64,000 bases of DNA from a virus. Its lineage: Duplodnaviria > Caudoviricetes. The notes under the pieces were generated by a model, which made no database searches, was not told the DNA's origin, and saw only the letters and a program-made list of their open reading frames with translations. This document shows, one piece after another, positions 28,801 to 38,511 of this stretch (positions are counted from its first letter, which is position 1; every line of letters starts with the position of its first letter). Location: IMG/VR virus record IMGVR_UViG_3300045609_000068, positions 18,501-82,500 of that record; one strand, given 5' to 3'. The position numbers were made by a program, and so were the translations under genes.

Positions 28801-31374
28801 TGCCGCAAGGTTAGCATTTGCCACGCTGCGGGTCTTCTCGACATCAATGGTAGCGGCGGCAGCACCTTGTGTTGCGGTTACACGGAACAGTCCGGACATC
28901 CATTTCGCTATATTCTTATCGTTGACTTTAGGATTATGCTTGATTTTCTCTATAAGGTCAAGCATATCGACAGGACTTCCGTCCTTGTTCGTCAGGCTGA
29001 TGCCAAGCGCGTCCCAGTATTTCTGCGATTTCTTTGTTGGTTGAAGGACATTCTGATACATCATACGCAAGGTAGTACCAGCACGGCTTCCTTGAATACC
29101 AGAGTTACCCATGACACCTATCATCGCCAACGCTTCGGCAAGGGAATTTACATTTCCTTTCTGATGGTTGGCCAGATAAGCGTAACCGCCTCCATAGGAC
29201 AATGCCTCCGCCAGCTGAATCATGTTGGTGTTGGTAGAGGTATATGTGTTGGTAAGCATATCCGCCAGCTTCGGCATATCCTTCGGCTTGATTTTGAACT
29301 CCGTCATGATGTTCGTCATCTTATCGGCCATAGTTGCCAAATCCTGATCGTCAATGACTGCCACATCTGCGATAGGCTTGATTGCCGCTGCGGAAGTGGG
29401 GACATCCAAACCTGCCATCGCCATGAAACGTGCCGCACCCGCTGCATCGGGGGCGGTGAACTTAGTCTTCCTTGCCACGTTTCTTACGTTCTTAGCCAGA
29501 TTTCCGAAATCTCCGTTGAAGTTGTTTCCTCTATAGTTATTCCTGTAAATAGCTTTAGCCGTTTCCATCAAATTCTGATATTGTACGGATTGGCCGAAAG
29601 TATCGGAAATGACGCTCATGGCACCGCCTACGGCAAACATGGTTCCCATGCCTTTAGCCATTGAAAGAGCGGCTGGGGTGGATGCTCCGAACGAGGTGTT
29701 GCCAGTAAGTGGGTACGCCCAACGGCGAGCCCTTGCGTAAAGCCCTTCATTATTGCCTCCAGCCAAAGCCATTCCCTCTTTCCCTGCTGGGATTCTCATC
29801 CTTGCATATCCCGTCCTTGCGTAAGGCAACATGCCATACGTGCTTCCAAGGCGTGCTGCGGTTTCAGCCGAACGTGAACCATAAGGAAGAGGCTGTTCGC
29901 TTGTATATCCGGGCCCAGAAGTCGTGCGCTGTCTGGAACCTCCTCCTGTAGCTAATGTGACGGGTATAGGTCTTTCCAAAGTCATCAGCGCTTCCCTGAG
30001 CTTGGCAATCTGCTCCATGGCACCAGTGATATTGAGATTTACTTTGACATCGTTAAGTCCCTCACCGAGCTTTTTGGAGATCGCGTTTCTGTTAGCCGCA
30101 CCCTCTTTGGCGTTTGTACCCCATACAGGTTCTATCCTCGCCTTGATGGTAAGGGCTTTCATCTTTTCGGCAGCCTTTGCTAAGGAGGCCTCGATGCCTG
30201 CCGCATCCACAATGGCCTTTACAGGGACTTCCACCGCAGCCTTTGGAGCTTTTATCCTTTCGGCGGCAAGTGTACCTTGCAGCTTGACGGTTCCGATAGC
30301 CTTTACACTGTCCGCGTTGATTTCGGCAGTCGCCTTGATGTTAAGTTCGGACTTAACTGGAAGAACACGGGTAACTTCGGCAACGGTCTCCACAACGTTA
30401 GGGCCAGTGGGTTTTGGCAGTACACGTGTAACTTCGGCAACAACAGGTATCGTTATTTCAGCAGCACCCTTCGCGGCCTTTGCGCCTTTTCCTCCCTTGC
30501 CAGCTACACCTTTTGACACTGCTTGCATCTGCTTGGTGATGTCCTCCCAGTTGGACATTACATCTATCTTGTAAGAGAAAGTCTTTTTCTTTACAAGGGA
30601 TAGTTTTTCGAGCGCGGATGCCAGTGAACGGATGGCGGTGGCGTTAGCCTGCGTCGTGGAAGGCGCTGGCGTTATGCCGACATTGACCATCCCTTCCGTC
30701 TTGGATGACGAAGCGCCTCCTGAAATGAGACCGGGGTATTTCTTGACTAAGTCATTTTGAAGTTTTCCGAGTCTTTCCAGTTCTTTGTTATAATTGGTAA
30801 TCTGTCTGTTGGCCTCGGCAGTCAGGTTGGCGTAATGCTTTTTCTGGTTTTCCCTCCACTTGTTGAGCTTGTCCCCGGAATACCCCATAGGTGTAGCGGT
30901 AGACACTCTGCTGGACTGCGCATTTAACTTATCAAGCTCTTTTTGCGTATCCGTAATTTTTTTACGGTAATCCTTTATGCCTTCTTTGTAAGCGTTCAGC
31001 TGCGATTTCCTCAAACCCCTTCCGTCGAGTTTCCCGACGCTTTCCATGAACTTCGCAGCACCAGCCTGACCTCCGAAAACGGATTCAAGGGTGTCGCGCA
31101 TCCGTATCGCGGACGCCGTTACCATCCTTTCCATGGTACCAAGGTCCGTTCGTATTCCTTCGGTATTAATCTTAGGGTTGATCTTTGTCGCTGCATTGGA
31201 AAGCGACTGTATGGTCTTTGTTATGGACTTTACATCGCTGTTAAGCAAAGAGAACCCCTTGCCCTTTCCGGACAGTTGATGTATTCTACCAAGCAAAGCG
31301 TCCAACGCCTGCGATACTGGCAGTGTGTTGGCGGTTATATTATAGTTAACGATATAATTTCTTTCAGGAGCCAT
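25855..31374 (-). CDS. Tail tape measure protein
   Basis: 1839 aa; TP901/PhageMin_Tail-like core TKFTAPDAAGAARFMAMAG...GNSGIQGSRAGT; hydrophobic TM segments. Confidence 0.92.
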   Translation of the reverse strand: MAPERNYIVNYNITANTLPVSQALDALLGRIHQLSGKGKGFSLLNSDVKSITKTIQSLSNAATKINPKINTEGIRTDLGTMERMVTASAIRMRDTLESVFGGQAGAAKFMESVGKLDGRGLRKSQLNAYKEGIKDYRKKITDTQKELDKLNAQSSRVSTATPMGYSGDKLNKWRENQKKHYANLTAEANRQITNYNKELERLGKLQNDLVKKYPGLISGGASSSKTEGMVNVGITPAPSTTQANATAIRSLASALEKLSLVKKKTFSYKIDVMSNWEDITKQMQAVSKGVAGKGGKGAKAAKGAAEITIPVVAEVTRVLPKPTGPNVVETVAEVTRVLPVKSELNIKATAEINADSVKAIGTVKLQGTLAAERIKAPKAAVEVPVKAIVDAAGIEASLAKAAEKMKALTIKARIEPVWGTNAKEGAANRNAISKKLGEGLNDVKVNLNITGAMEQIAKLREALMTLERPIPVTLATGGGSRQRTTSGPGYTSEQPLPYGSRSAETAARLGSTYGMLPYARTGYARMRIPAGKEGMALAGGNNEGLYARARRWAYPLTGNTSFGASTPAALSMAKGMGTMFAVGGAMSVISDTFGQSVQYQNLMETAKAIYRNNYRGNNFNGDFGNLAKNVRNVARKTKFTAPDAAGAARFMAMAGLDVPTSAAAIKPIADVAVIDDQDLATMADKMTNIMTEFKIKPKDMPKLADMLTNTYTSTNTNMIQLAEALSYGGGYAYLANHQKGNVNSLAEALAMIGVMGNSGIQGSRAGTTLRMMYQNVLQPTKKSQKYWDALGISLTNKDGSPVDMLDLIEKIKHNPKVNDKNIAKWMSGLFRVTATQGAAAATIDVEKTRSVANANLAANGIANEISLKKQNTVEGLWKQVESSLTDDTLTVFSGLQKTIKGAMGDALKYLAKPEAVQNLKNVFDLLKAILGIFKASVSIWLKIYNAFPGFIKAIVVMQMAMTQIGYLITPFVQMLGMLSSFRGLLPGAAGVAGGAYAVGGLAAGGGIASRYSSARIAGAMMAGGAVPRVMEANAVKSVVRRGAATSGMSRLGGGLTSLLLNGSLLWATLRHPRGSSAAVAGAVAAPEAIAAERASANTLLERQNAMYRNGGSYYNYIRNAHTNGFMYTKGSEYWERAGESELSAHYGARAEQNYANERRLVAERNAYMNVLRDMRRTEQFRNSALIERFAAMNKLGTGARMGLAYKAGNAMLTGFTLMPLINMIKNSILRIPIFLAKIAGMFTAALPYLAALAGIALLVAYVKHISKRYEDADKTSDRVKAYSKTALKNGYNQMAGGIGTKPIDLTNWLKSNPQLNNNTYVGDIPSVSNKPKASKRKLSQISDFRQLTSKLGKDTHFLPILQNWYDKYIVPYKYAYGKDSKNYSFSAIKNQLETDAGGNLLQEYTAEDGTKIKTYKTLGVDNKYYNGVRNLIARASVYRYGAESNETKNAESKITSIVENSKGKLSAKNKEAINNMIEQFNPALNIGKDVNNYGYKQIFNSPDLSEFTQWYSGAYNKLTQVWKTYQNLVNLTGLYSDKFMNAASSYLGTIPIKLPDMYGRMQNVFLQFKNGQPQWEGFYDMLNALGIQVPNTVNAHVSLLENIANSLDNIPGLQGVAGRIKALIEYLKQQEIEASRWTNVNWNSGENPSTNNVLQPKSNKVKIPYKAGKQKFGYAWNMGYQPYNPLQKAIDDKKQNKGKLAYITRPGTKENNIVKSIPGAKKNNKNKKGTVDNGFGTGWNNSGSSNATNSLPAATGGKGGRTGGSSNPNKGYENTYGRQAATPTQINITIQNLANFDKTTIAGNADERAMIQSVEDRLAQAIAMLTSQVNSQLSLMGKV

Positions 31375-31394
31375 GATTTATATTTTTAGTGAAA

Positions 31395-32711
31395 TTAAAC
31401 TTCGAATGTTTCAAGTGCCGTGATTGCCGTTGAGGAATCGGCGGGTACGACATCGGTTTTTATGTTGATGCTGTCCGTCTCGATGATATTCCCGTTTGCT
31501 GATACGGAAACGTTTCTTCCGTCGATCTGTTTATATCCCAACGGATTGACCATGGCGGTGTCTATCAGCGACAAAACGTCGTTGACTATCTGCGCCTTGC
31601 CTGTTTCGGTAATGTCCCCGGTTGTCGTTTCAAGATAGAACGTGGCATTGATATAAGGTATAAGCGCCCTTCTTACAACCCTGCGTATCTTGTGCATGAC
31701 TCTGTTGCGGGACAACGAGCAATAGTCCCCGTCGGAAAGCGTCGTGTCGTTGCTGAAATAAACGGCACCTGGCTTGGGCACATAGGTGACTGGGACGACA
31801 TATCCTTTGTTGGCTATCTGATTCAGTCGGTATTGGCTCATTCCGCTTATCGGGGAGTAATCGTCGCTTGACGATTTCAATGTGCCGAAACCGAGTTCCG
31901 CGCTTTTGAAGTCGTCGTTCTTGTTGAGGTCGTATTTTGAAACGTATGCGATGCTTTCCTCCGCTGGTGCAAGGCACAAGCAGGCCAAAACCTTTCCGAG
32001 CATCCCAACTGGAGAATAGTTTATGTCGCTATTTTGCATGGTATGTACAGCATCTGTTCCGTTCTGCCCAAGGATGACGCTCAACTTCGGAAAATCAAGG
32101 TTTATGGCGTTCGGAATGTTTCTGTAGTCCATGATATACGAATCAGCCCCGTCCGCTTTTGTATGCGCGGTATTTGCATTCAGCACGATATTCATGGGAA
32201 GCAGCGCCGATGCCGTCTTCCCGATGATTCCAGAAAGTATTTCCGCACGTGCCTCTATCTCGCCTAGCAGCGCAGTGAATCCGATTGTTCCGCCCGTTGA
32301 CTTCCATAAGTCCTGTTCCGTCCATATACCTAGCTGGAATAACTTCCCTGATGCTTTCTGCTGGAAGTCCTCTATACAGGTAAATGACGGGGAGCCGTTG
32401 TCAACGCAGTTTGCGAACATCACGTATATGGCCGCATCCTTTCCGATATAGCTATAAAATTCCTTGATATGATAATAGGGTATGCCGCCCATTATTCCTC
32501 CCTCTTTGATTCCGAGATACACGGCCTCGTCGATGTTGTTTATCTGCTGTACCTGTCCGTCTCCGAAATTCAGAGCCGCAGTGTCATATCCATAAAAGGC
32601 ATTCGACCTTAACCCGTAGTCGAAAACCATTCCGCATACGCTTTCGTCGTATGAAACATCCAATACGTTGCTTTGCAGTTTGCCTACGTTCGCCTTTCCT
32701 ATATTGCCCAT
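31395..32711 (-). CDS. Tail sheath protein 2 (DUF2586-like paralogue)
   Basis: Colinear motif matches to 17750-19099; start set at MGNIGK (32711) after the ACTATATA motif. Confidence 0.75.
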   Translation of the reverse strand: MGNIGKANVGKLQSNVLDVSYDESVCGMVFDYGLRSNAFYGYDTAALNFGDGQVQQINNIDEAVYLGIKEGGIMGGIPYYHIKEFYSYIGKDAAIYVMFANCVDNGSPSFTCIEDFQQKASGKLFQLGIWTEQDLWKSTGGTIGFTALLGEIEARAEILSGIIGKTASALLPMNIVLNANTAHTKADGADSYIMDYRNIPNAINLDFPKLSVILGQNGTDAVHTMQNSDINYSPVGMLGKVLACLCLAPAEESIAYVSKYDLNKNDDFKSAELGFGTLKSSSDDYSPISGMSQYRLNQIANKGYVVPVTYVPKPGAVYFSNDTTLSDGDYCSLSRNRVMHKIRRVVRRALIPYINATFYLETTTGDITETGKAQIVNDVLSLIDTAMVNPLGYKQIDGRNVSVSANGNIIETDSINIKTDVVPADSSTAITALETFEV

Positions 32712-32728
32712 ATTAATAGTATTTCTTA

Positions 32729-32736
32729 TATATAGT
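32729..32736 (-). promoter_or_regulatory. ACTATATA putative phage late promoter (sheath 2/TMP)
   Basis: Exact motif 17 nt upstream of the ATG at 32711. Confidence 0.6.
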
Positions 32737-33060
32737 GTTTTTCGGAGATTTGAAGTCATTACGTTTTTGATGCGGTTTGTAAGTTAATGTAAGTTAATTA
32801 ATACACCTTTGGTTCATAAGGTAACTATATCAAGGTAGAGCATAGGTTGGAGTAGCTACCAATCGACAAGGGGTAATCCGAAGGCCCCTTGCTCTTTCTT
32901 TATTCTTCGGGGTAACTTAAACATTCGGATTATGGACACTTCTTGATTTCACCTTATTTATAGTCGGCATCAGCTTAATGATACCCAAAAGCCCTTAATG
33001 GCTGGGTTAGACCCGTCGAGATGATTTGAGGTCAGTTTCGATGTTTCCGAAAATCGGGCA

Positions 33061-33750
33061 TTGTCAATAAACGTAATTATTATGAAAATGAAAACGAATG
33101 TAACCATGACACGAAATATGGGAAATTTTTCTGTGTATCAGAGAACATCTGATGGTATGTTTAACGCGACATCTTTGCTTAAACAGTGGAACGCTTTCAA
33201 CAACTCAAAAAAGGAGTTGAAAGAATATTTCAAACTTAATAGTACAAGCGAGTTCGCAAATACCATTGCAGAAAAGGAAAATCTTGATGGGTGGAAATCC
33301 ACCTATCATACTTCTCACGCAAATAAAGGCGAAAATGCAGGTACGTGGATGCACCCTATGTTATTTATAGATTTCTGTATGTGGATAAATCCATCTTTTA
33401 AATATGATGTATTGAAATTTGTTTACGACCAGATGATTAAATACAGGAACGATGCCGGAGACGCATATTGTGAACTGGGAGCTTCCATTCAAAAAATCGT
33501 TTCAAGGGATTTTATGAAAACGGCAATGAAGAAAACTGGAGAAGCCATTAACTGGGTCATATTCAATTGCCATGAGCAAGGAATGCGTAACAAGGTTGGT
33601 GAGGAAGGCAAACAGAGAGATTTGTATGAGTTCGAACATAAGATTGCGGAACTCATCAATGACGGATTCATCAAGAGTTATGATGAGCTCATCAACTATC
33701 TTAGGAAACAATACACAAAACGGAATTATCCGAAAGTGTTCCTTAAATAG
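33061..33750 (+). CDS. KilA-N domain protein (true start probably 33082 or 33088)
   Basis: QRTSDGMFNATSLLKQWN...GTWMHPMLFIDFCMWINPSF. Confidence 0.88.
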   Translation: MSINVIIMKMKTNVTMTRNMGNFSVYQRTSDGMFNATSLLKQWNAFNNSKKELKEYFKLNSTSEFANTIAEKENLDGWKSTYHTSHANKGENAGTWMHPMLFIDFCMWINPSFKYDVLKFVYDQMIKYRNDAGDAYCELGASIQKIVSRDFMKTAMKKTGEAINWVIFNCHEQGMRNKVGEEGKQRDLYEFEHKIAELINDGFIKSYDELINYLRKQYTKRNYPKVFLK

Positions 33751-33775
33751 ATTTCACAGAATTAATCAAAAAAAA

Positions 33776-33804
33776 GAATGGGGTCGGCATCAGCGACCCC
33801 ATTC
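33776..33804. terminator. Intrinsic terminator, possibly bidirectional
   Basis: GAATGGGGTCG-N7-CGACCCCATTC, flanked by an A-tract and CTTTGT. Confidence 0.65.
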
Positions 33805-33919
33805 CTTTGTAGAGAATAGACAAAGAAATTTATCGGAGAACCGAAAATGGATTTTATGGATTCACAAAATGCTTATATTCAAATAGATATAAAGATAATG
33901 AATGTTATTAAGGTAGAAT

Positions 33920-34447
33920 ATGAAAAAGATTGTCTATACTTCGATTGACGATTTTACATTGAATAAACAGATTGTAAAATCATACAAGGAACTAGGAAGT
34001 GATTTTGTAGCATGGATTGAGGAAAACACAATCAAGCTGATAGAAAACAGAACACGAGCCGAAACACTTGCTTATGAGAAAATATCATCAACGAACTTGC
34101 AAATTGATTCGCAACCATTCTTTATGATTAACGGACACAGCTATTTCCTTGACATTTATGTTCCGAAATTAAAATTGGCAATAGAAATTGATGGTGGTTA
34201 TCATTCATATCGTAGACAGATAGACATAGTAAGGGATAAGGATTTCGATTCTATTGGAATAAGAACTATCCGTGTATCGAATAAGAACGTTTTGGATGGG
34301 AATCTATTCGCTATTATTAGAGAAAAACTGACAAATAGCAAACATGTCAAAAAGAAAAAATCGAAATCCCCAGTTGGAAAAAGCCGTAAGCGAGAATTGG
34401 CTGAAAAGAAAAGATACCGAAATAGGTTCAAATTGAAGTATGCTTAA
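33920..34447 (+). CDS. DUF559/Vsr-like PD-(D/E)xK endonuclease
   Basis: YFLDIYVPKLKLAIEIDGGYH...RDKDFDSIGIRTIRVSN. Confidence 0.8.
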   Translation: MKKIVYTSIDDFTLNKQIVKSYKELGSDFVAWIEENTIKLIENRTRAETLAYEKISSTNLQIDSQPFFMINGHSYFLDIYVPKLKLAIEIDGGYHSYRRQIDIVRDKDFDSIGIRTIRVSNKNVLDGNLFAIIREKLTNSKHVKKKKSKSPVGKSRKRELAEKKRYRNRFKLKYA

Positions 34448-34560
34448 TACATAAGGCAAAATGAATATAGCACGTCTGTTCATTTTGCCTTTTTACATTA
34501 TATGGCTAAAAACACAGTTTCCATGGTGGCGGGGAAAATACTATATTTAAGAAAAGGATT

Positions 34561-35622
34561 ATGTCACTGTTCGATAATTTAAGTATTACCGCCGCCAATG
34601 CTGCTTACGACGCCTCGTTCGAATACGGGATGGGGAAAGTCAGGGACTGGATAAGCAGAGGGTTCGGTGCGAGTCAAGACACCCTTCACTTCTATTACGA
34701 CTACAGCCGTGGAGGAAGCGTGTTGGAGGTGATCGCTAAAAAGGCGGCACTTGGTGTCGCACAGGTGCTTAAAAACGAGGCGCTTGAACAATATAAGAAG
34801 CTGATAGGGCTGAACAAGAAGAAAGTGACGCTCGCAAAAAGCGACACTTCGCGGTCCATCATCATCGAGAACACTTATAAGAACCAACAGAAAAGATACG
34901 GTTACATAAAGGTTAACGACGGGAAAGTCACTGTTCCGGCACTTGATCCATACGGGAATGTATGTACAGAAGCGTTGATGTTGAGCATTCCTGTTAAGCC
35001 GAACATAAATCTTACCATTCAACGTGTGTCCAAGAACGGAACAGAGTCGGACGGAAGCTCGCAACTGGTGAGCGACCACCTCGTGTGGTACGATTGTACC
35101 GCCATCGTAACGGTCGATTCCGACAAGAACTACGTTCTGACAAAAGTCGTCGGCAGGGATTATACAAGAAAAGAGCTTGTGTCGAACGGAGACTTCAACT
35201 TTTCCGTTTCAGGGCATCTTCTAAGCAATACTCCCGACGTAATGCCTAGCGAGGAAATCAAGAAGTTTACCCAGATAATGCGATACAAAGGTGTCGTGGA
35301 GGTAAACAGCGAGGTTCTTGACCAGTTCAATGTGAAGAAACTCCTCATCACCAACTTCAACATCAGCCCGCAGGAGGGTGATAAATCCAATATACCGTAC
35401 ACGTTCAATGCGGTAGGAATACAGCCCGCCGAGGAGATAAAGATGAGGGAGGACACCATCACCACTTTCGACAATGCACTTACGAGCGCAAGCAGTTCCA
35501 CGACCACCAAGACGAAGTGGCAGCAGATGATAGACGACAAGCTGGACGGACTGAAGACCAATTCGGTAAGCATCGTAGACCAGGGACTCACTTTGTCCAC
35601 AGGCCTTCTTAACCAACTGTAA
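34561..35622 (+). CDS. DUF6046-like tail/baseplate protein
   Basis: KNYVLTKVVGRDYTRKELVSNGDF...VEVNSEVLDQFNV; ACTATATT at 34540. Confidence 0.65.
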   Translation: MSLFDNLSITAANAAYDASFEYGMGKVRDWISRGFGASQDTLHFYYDYSRGGSVLEVIAKKAALGVAQVLKNEALEQYKKLIGLNKKKVTLAKSDTSRSIIIENTYKNQQKRYGYIKVNDGKVTVPALDPYGNVCTEALMLSIPVKPNINLTIQRVSKNGTESDGSSQLVSDHLVWYDCTAIVTVDSDKNYVLTKVVGRDYTRKELVSNGDFNFSVSGHLLSNTPDVMPSEEIKKFTQIMRYKGVVEVNSEVLDQFNVKKLLITNFNISPQEGDKSNIPYTFNAVGIQPAEEIKMREDTITTFDNALTSASSSTTTKTKWQQMIDDKLDGLKTNSVSIVDQGLTLSTGLLNQL

Positions 35623-35633
35623 ATCCGACGCAC

Positions 35634-37178
35634 ATGGCAACATATACACTGAACCCGACATATCAGGAACACGGAGCCGACGAGGACGTAGTAAACATTC
35701 TCGTATGCCAGATAAAGGTATGGGCCGCATCGCCGTCCAACTGGAACAGCGTGCCAACTTCATGTACGTTAATCACTGAAGTGGAAAGCGTAGAGATCAA
35801 GGACTCCTACAAGGAGGTCGTCGGTACCGCGGTGGTGAAGCTGCCGCAGGGCGCAATGGTCGAAAAGACCATCATCGTGGACGGAAAGGACGATACGGTA
35901 ACGACGGGTAATCAGACAAATCAGGATTCCGAGACCTCCATGAGGAAGGCGACCGTTGCAGGAGACATGCTCCCAAGGGAGGGAATGATTTCCGACAAAG
36001 GAGACCCTACATTGTCGCTGAACGTGAAACGTAACGACATGGGAATCATAGAAGTCAGTCAGGCGCTTGAGCATCTTGCTACCGCCAACGATTTTGCAGT
36101 GGGAAACCGCATACAGATAAAACTGGGATATGTGACGACGGAGGAGAAATGGGAAATGGTCAAGCAGAAACGCGATGTTCCGGAACTTAAACTATGCTTT
36201 ACGGGATTCATCACGGGATGTTCCGCAACCACTCCTGTGGAAGTGTCATGCGAAAACATGGCTAGCGTCCTGAGGAAGAAAAGCTGTCCAAGGATAGTGG
36301 CCAAAAAAGATTATACGGTCAACGATTTCCTCGCTCCCGACGGTCTTTTCAAAATGCTGAGCGGAACAGGCATATCATTGTCGGACGCGACAAAAGGCTG
36401 CACGATAAACATCGGCAAGGTTGGACTAACCACGAATGTCACCGTAGCCGATGTCCTTGAGACATGGAAGGACTGGGGAATATACTCGTTCATGGAACCC
36501 GACGGATTCACTTTGCGCGTTGCACGTGTTATGTTCACAAAAGCGGACGGGAGCATGGGGGACACGAAAGAATACATAGACTACAGATACGCCAACGACA
36601 TCGAAATGATAGAGTTCGACTGGGACGTCGCAAGCGACAATATGGAAGTGACGCTTCGGGACAAAAACTTCCTTGCTGTGGAGGCGCACGGTATTACGAA
36701 AGACAAGAAGATGTTCAAGGTGACTTGCCTCCATAGCGATTCCGATACGCAGGGTATTCCAATGCCGAGGTATTTAAACGAAAGAGAGCCAGTCAAGAAG
36801 AAGGCGAGAAAGCGCAAGGGAGGCGAATCGGTCAACAACAACGATAAGACAAAGATTGACATGAGCCCTTACGAGATAGTTCCTTATTTCGGGAGCCATG
36901 TGGGAATCACGATGGAAGAGCTGAAAAAGGAGGCATGGTCTTATCTGAAAAACTACAACGAGACAGGAATAAAGGGAAGTGTTTCCGTTTTCGGGGACAG
37001 AATGATTTATCCGACGCAATGTGTCGGCCTTATTGATGTCATGCACCCCGAAAAGGACGGATATTATCTTGTGGAATCGGTCAACACCACATTCGGGCTT
37101 GACGGTTTCAGACGCGAGCTGGAGCTGCCGTACAGAGTGGGGAACTTTACAAACACACCAAAAATAATAAGGGATTAG
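35634..37178 (+). CDS. Baseplate hub / late control D-like protein
   Basis: EVESVEIKDSY, IQIKLGY and GYYLVESVNTTFGLDGFRRELEL pattern. Confidence 0.7.
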   Translation: MATYTLNPTYQEHGADEDVVNILVCQIKVWAASPSNWNSVPTSCTLITEVESVEIKDSYKEVVGTAVVKLPQGAMVEKTIIVDGKDDTVTTGNQTNQDSETSMRKATVAGDMLPREGMISDKGDPTLSLNVKRNDMGIIEVSQALEHLATANDFAVGNRIQIKLGYVTTEEKWEMVKQKRDVPELKLCFTGFITGCSATTPVEVSCENMASVLRKKSCPRIVAKKDYTVNDFLAPDGLFKMLSGTGISLSDATKGCTINIGKVGLTTNVTVADVLETWKDWGIYSFMEPDGFTLRVARVMFTKADGSMGDTKEYIDYRYANDIEMIEFDWDVASDNMEVTLRDKNFLAVEAHGITKDKKMFKVTCLHSDSDTQGIPMPRYLNEREPVKKKARKRKGGESVNNNDKTKIDMSPYEIVPYFGSHVGITMEELKKEAWSYLKNYNETGIKGSVSVFGDRMIYPTQCVGLIDVMHPEKDGYYLVESVNTTFGLDGFRRELELPYRVGNFTNTPKIIRD

Positions 37179-37181
37179 GAT

Positions 37182-37976
37182 ATGTCGCTAAGAGGAAAGA
37201 TACAGAATGTCACGGGTGACTTCATGGCCGCGGTCAAGAAGACGGCCAGAAAAGGAATCATCGACGAGAGGGGAGGAGTGTTCGGAACAGGGAAAATACT
37301 CGGTTACGTATGCGCCATACACGGTGACGACGACAAGGATGAGGAGCTTCGGGGTACTGTTGACGTGCAGGAATACAACTGCTACGAGGAGGACAACAAC
37401 CATCAGGCGATAGGTTTCCATGAAGGCGTTATGCTTTCCGCCGTGCAAGGGAATACGGACGGTTTCAGGATAGTCCCGCAGATGTATTCGGATGTGGTGA
37501 TATCCACAGACCCGACCACGATGAAGGAATACGTAGTCATGTATTCCCATATATCCAAGATGCAGGTTAAATCAACGGATTCGATAGAGCATACCGTAAC
37601 GGAATACGAGGATTTTTCCGAGACTTCCGAAGGGGGACTTGACAAGGACTATGACGAGCTTGACAGGACAGGGAACGGCTCGACTGTATCGCAGTCGTGT
37701 TCGGAGATAAACCATACGGTAGGTTCCAAGGATGGCAGCTCGAAAGTGAAGCAGACCCCAGTGTTACATTCCGAGGAAGCCAAGAAAATAACGCACAACG
37801 GGGACAAATACCACCATGTGAAATCGGAAACACTTGAAGATATACTGAAACAGCTGCTCGACCTGCTTGCTACAGCCACCGCAGCGGGTTCGCCTCTGTC
37901 AACGGCGGCGGCTATAAGGGCTTTGGAAAACCAGCTGAAGGAAATAGAATCCGATTCCGTTTACCTCGGACATTAA
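37182..37976 (+). CDS. Baseplate spike (gpV/gp5 OB-fold-like)
   Basis: Position after the hub; GTVDVQ...VMLSAV...VPQMYSDVVI. Confidence 0.55.
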   Translation: MSLRGKIQNVTGDFMAAVKKTARKGIIDERGGVFGTGKILGYVCAIHGDDDKDEELRGTVDVQEYNCYEEDNNHQAIGFHEGVMLSAVQGNTDGFRIVPQMYSDVVISTDPTTMKEYVVMYSHISKMQVKSTDSIEHTVTEYEDFSETSEGGLDKDYDELDRTGNGSTVSQSCSEINHTVGSKDGSSKVKQTPVLHSEEAKKITHNGDKYHHVKSETLEDILKQLLDLLATATAAGSPLSTAAAIRALENQLKEIESDSVYLGH

Positions 37977-37989
37977 AAATACGACATAT

Positions 37990-38466
37990 ATGGCAACAAT
38001 AAAGGAGACAAGGGACGCACTGAACGGGCTTTCTTCGGGGAAGCTCGGACTGAAACTAGATGCGGTAAAAAGGGAATCGGCACGGAACACGCTGATAGCC
38101 AACGGCAAGAAGGCTACTGACGACGAGATAAACGATGTCCTTGATACATGGAAGAAGAACGGAACCGAAATAGACGCATATTTCCAAAGCGGAATAAGCG
38201 AGATAGAGGCGTCGTTCGCCTCGTTGAGCAACAGCATCAAGAACGTTTCTTCGCAGTTCGCAGGCATCACGGCCACCGCTGCAAGTACGACGGCGAGTCC
38301 CGCGGCAGTCCCGATGCTGGTTCAGATAAAGACACAGGTGTCCGATATACAGGGTACGCTGGCAAAATGCCTTGCGGCCTGCCTGAAAATAAATATCGGA
38401 GCACCCGATCCACTTGTGAATCTGGTGAAGCTGCTGAATACCGCCAAGGGCGTGGTGGGCTTGTAA
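37990..38466 (+). CDS. Hypothetical protein
   Basis: 158-aa ORF in the baseplate operon. Confidence 0.65.
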   Translation: MATIKETRDALNGLSSGKLGLKLDAVKRESARNTLIANGKKATDDEINDVLDTWKKNGTEIDAYFQSGISEIEASFASLSNSIKNVSSQFAGITATAASTTASPAAVPMLVQIKTQVSDIQGTLAKCLAACLKINIGAPDPLVNLVKLLNTAKGVVGL

Positions 38467-38496
38467 TTTTGTGCAAACTCACATCGCGCTAGAAAC

Positions 38497-38504
38497 ACTA
38501 TATA
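38497..38504 (+). promoter_or_regulatory. ACTATATA putative phage promoter
   Basis: Exact motif 7 nt upstream of the 38512 start. Confidence 0.5.
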
Positions 38505-38511
38505 TATACAG

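Noticed and set aside
20400-33060. Recombinase-driven invertible segment containing the TMP
   Set aside because: No matching inverted repeats found at either plausible boundary.
17750-38466. Extracellular contractile injection system or T6SS, suggested by two sheath genes
   Set aside because: Portal, protease, capsid, terminase and TMP are present, so this is a phage.
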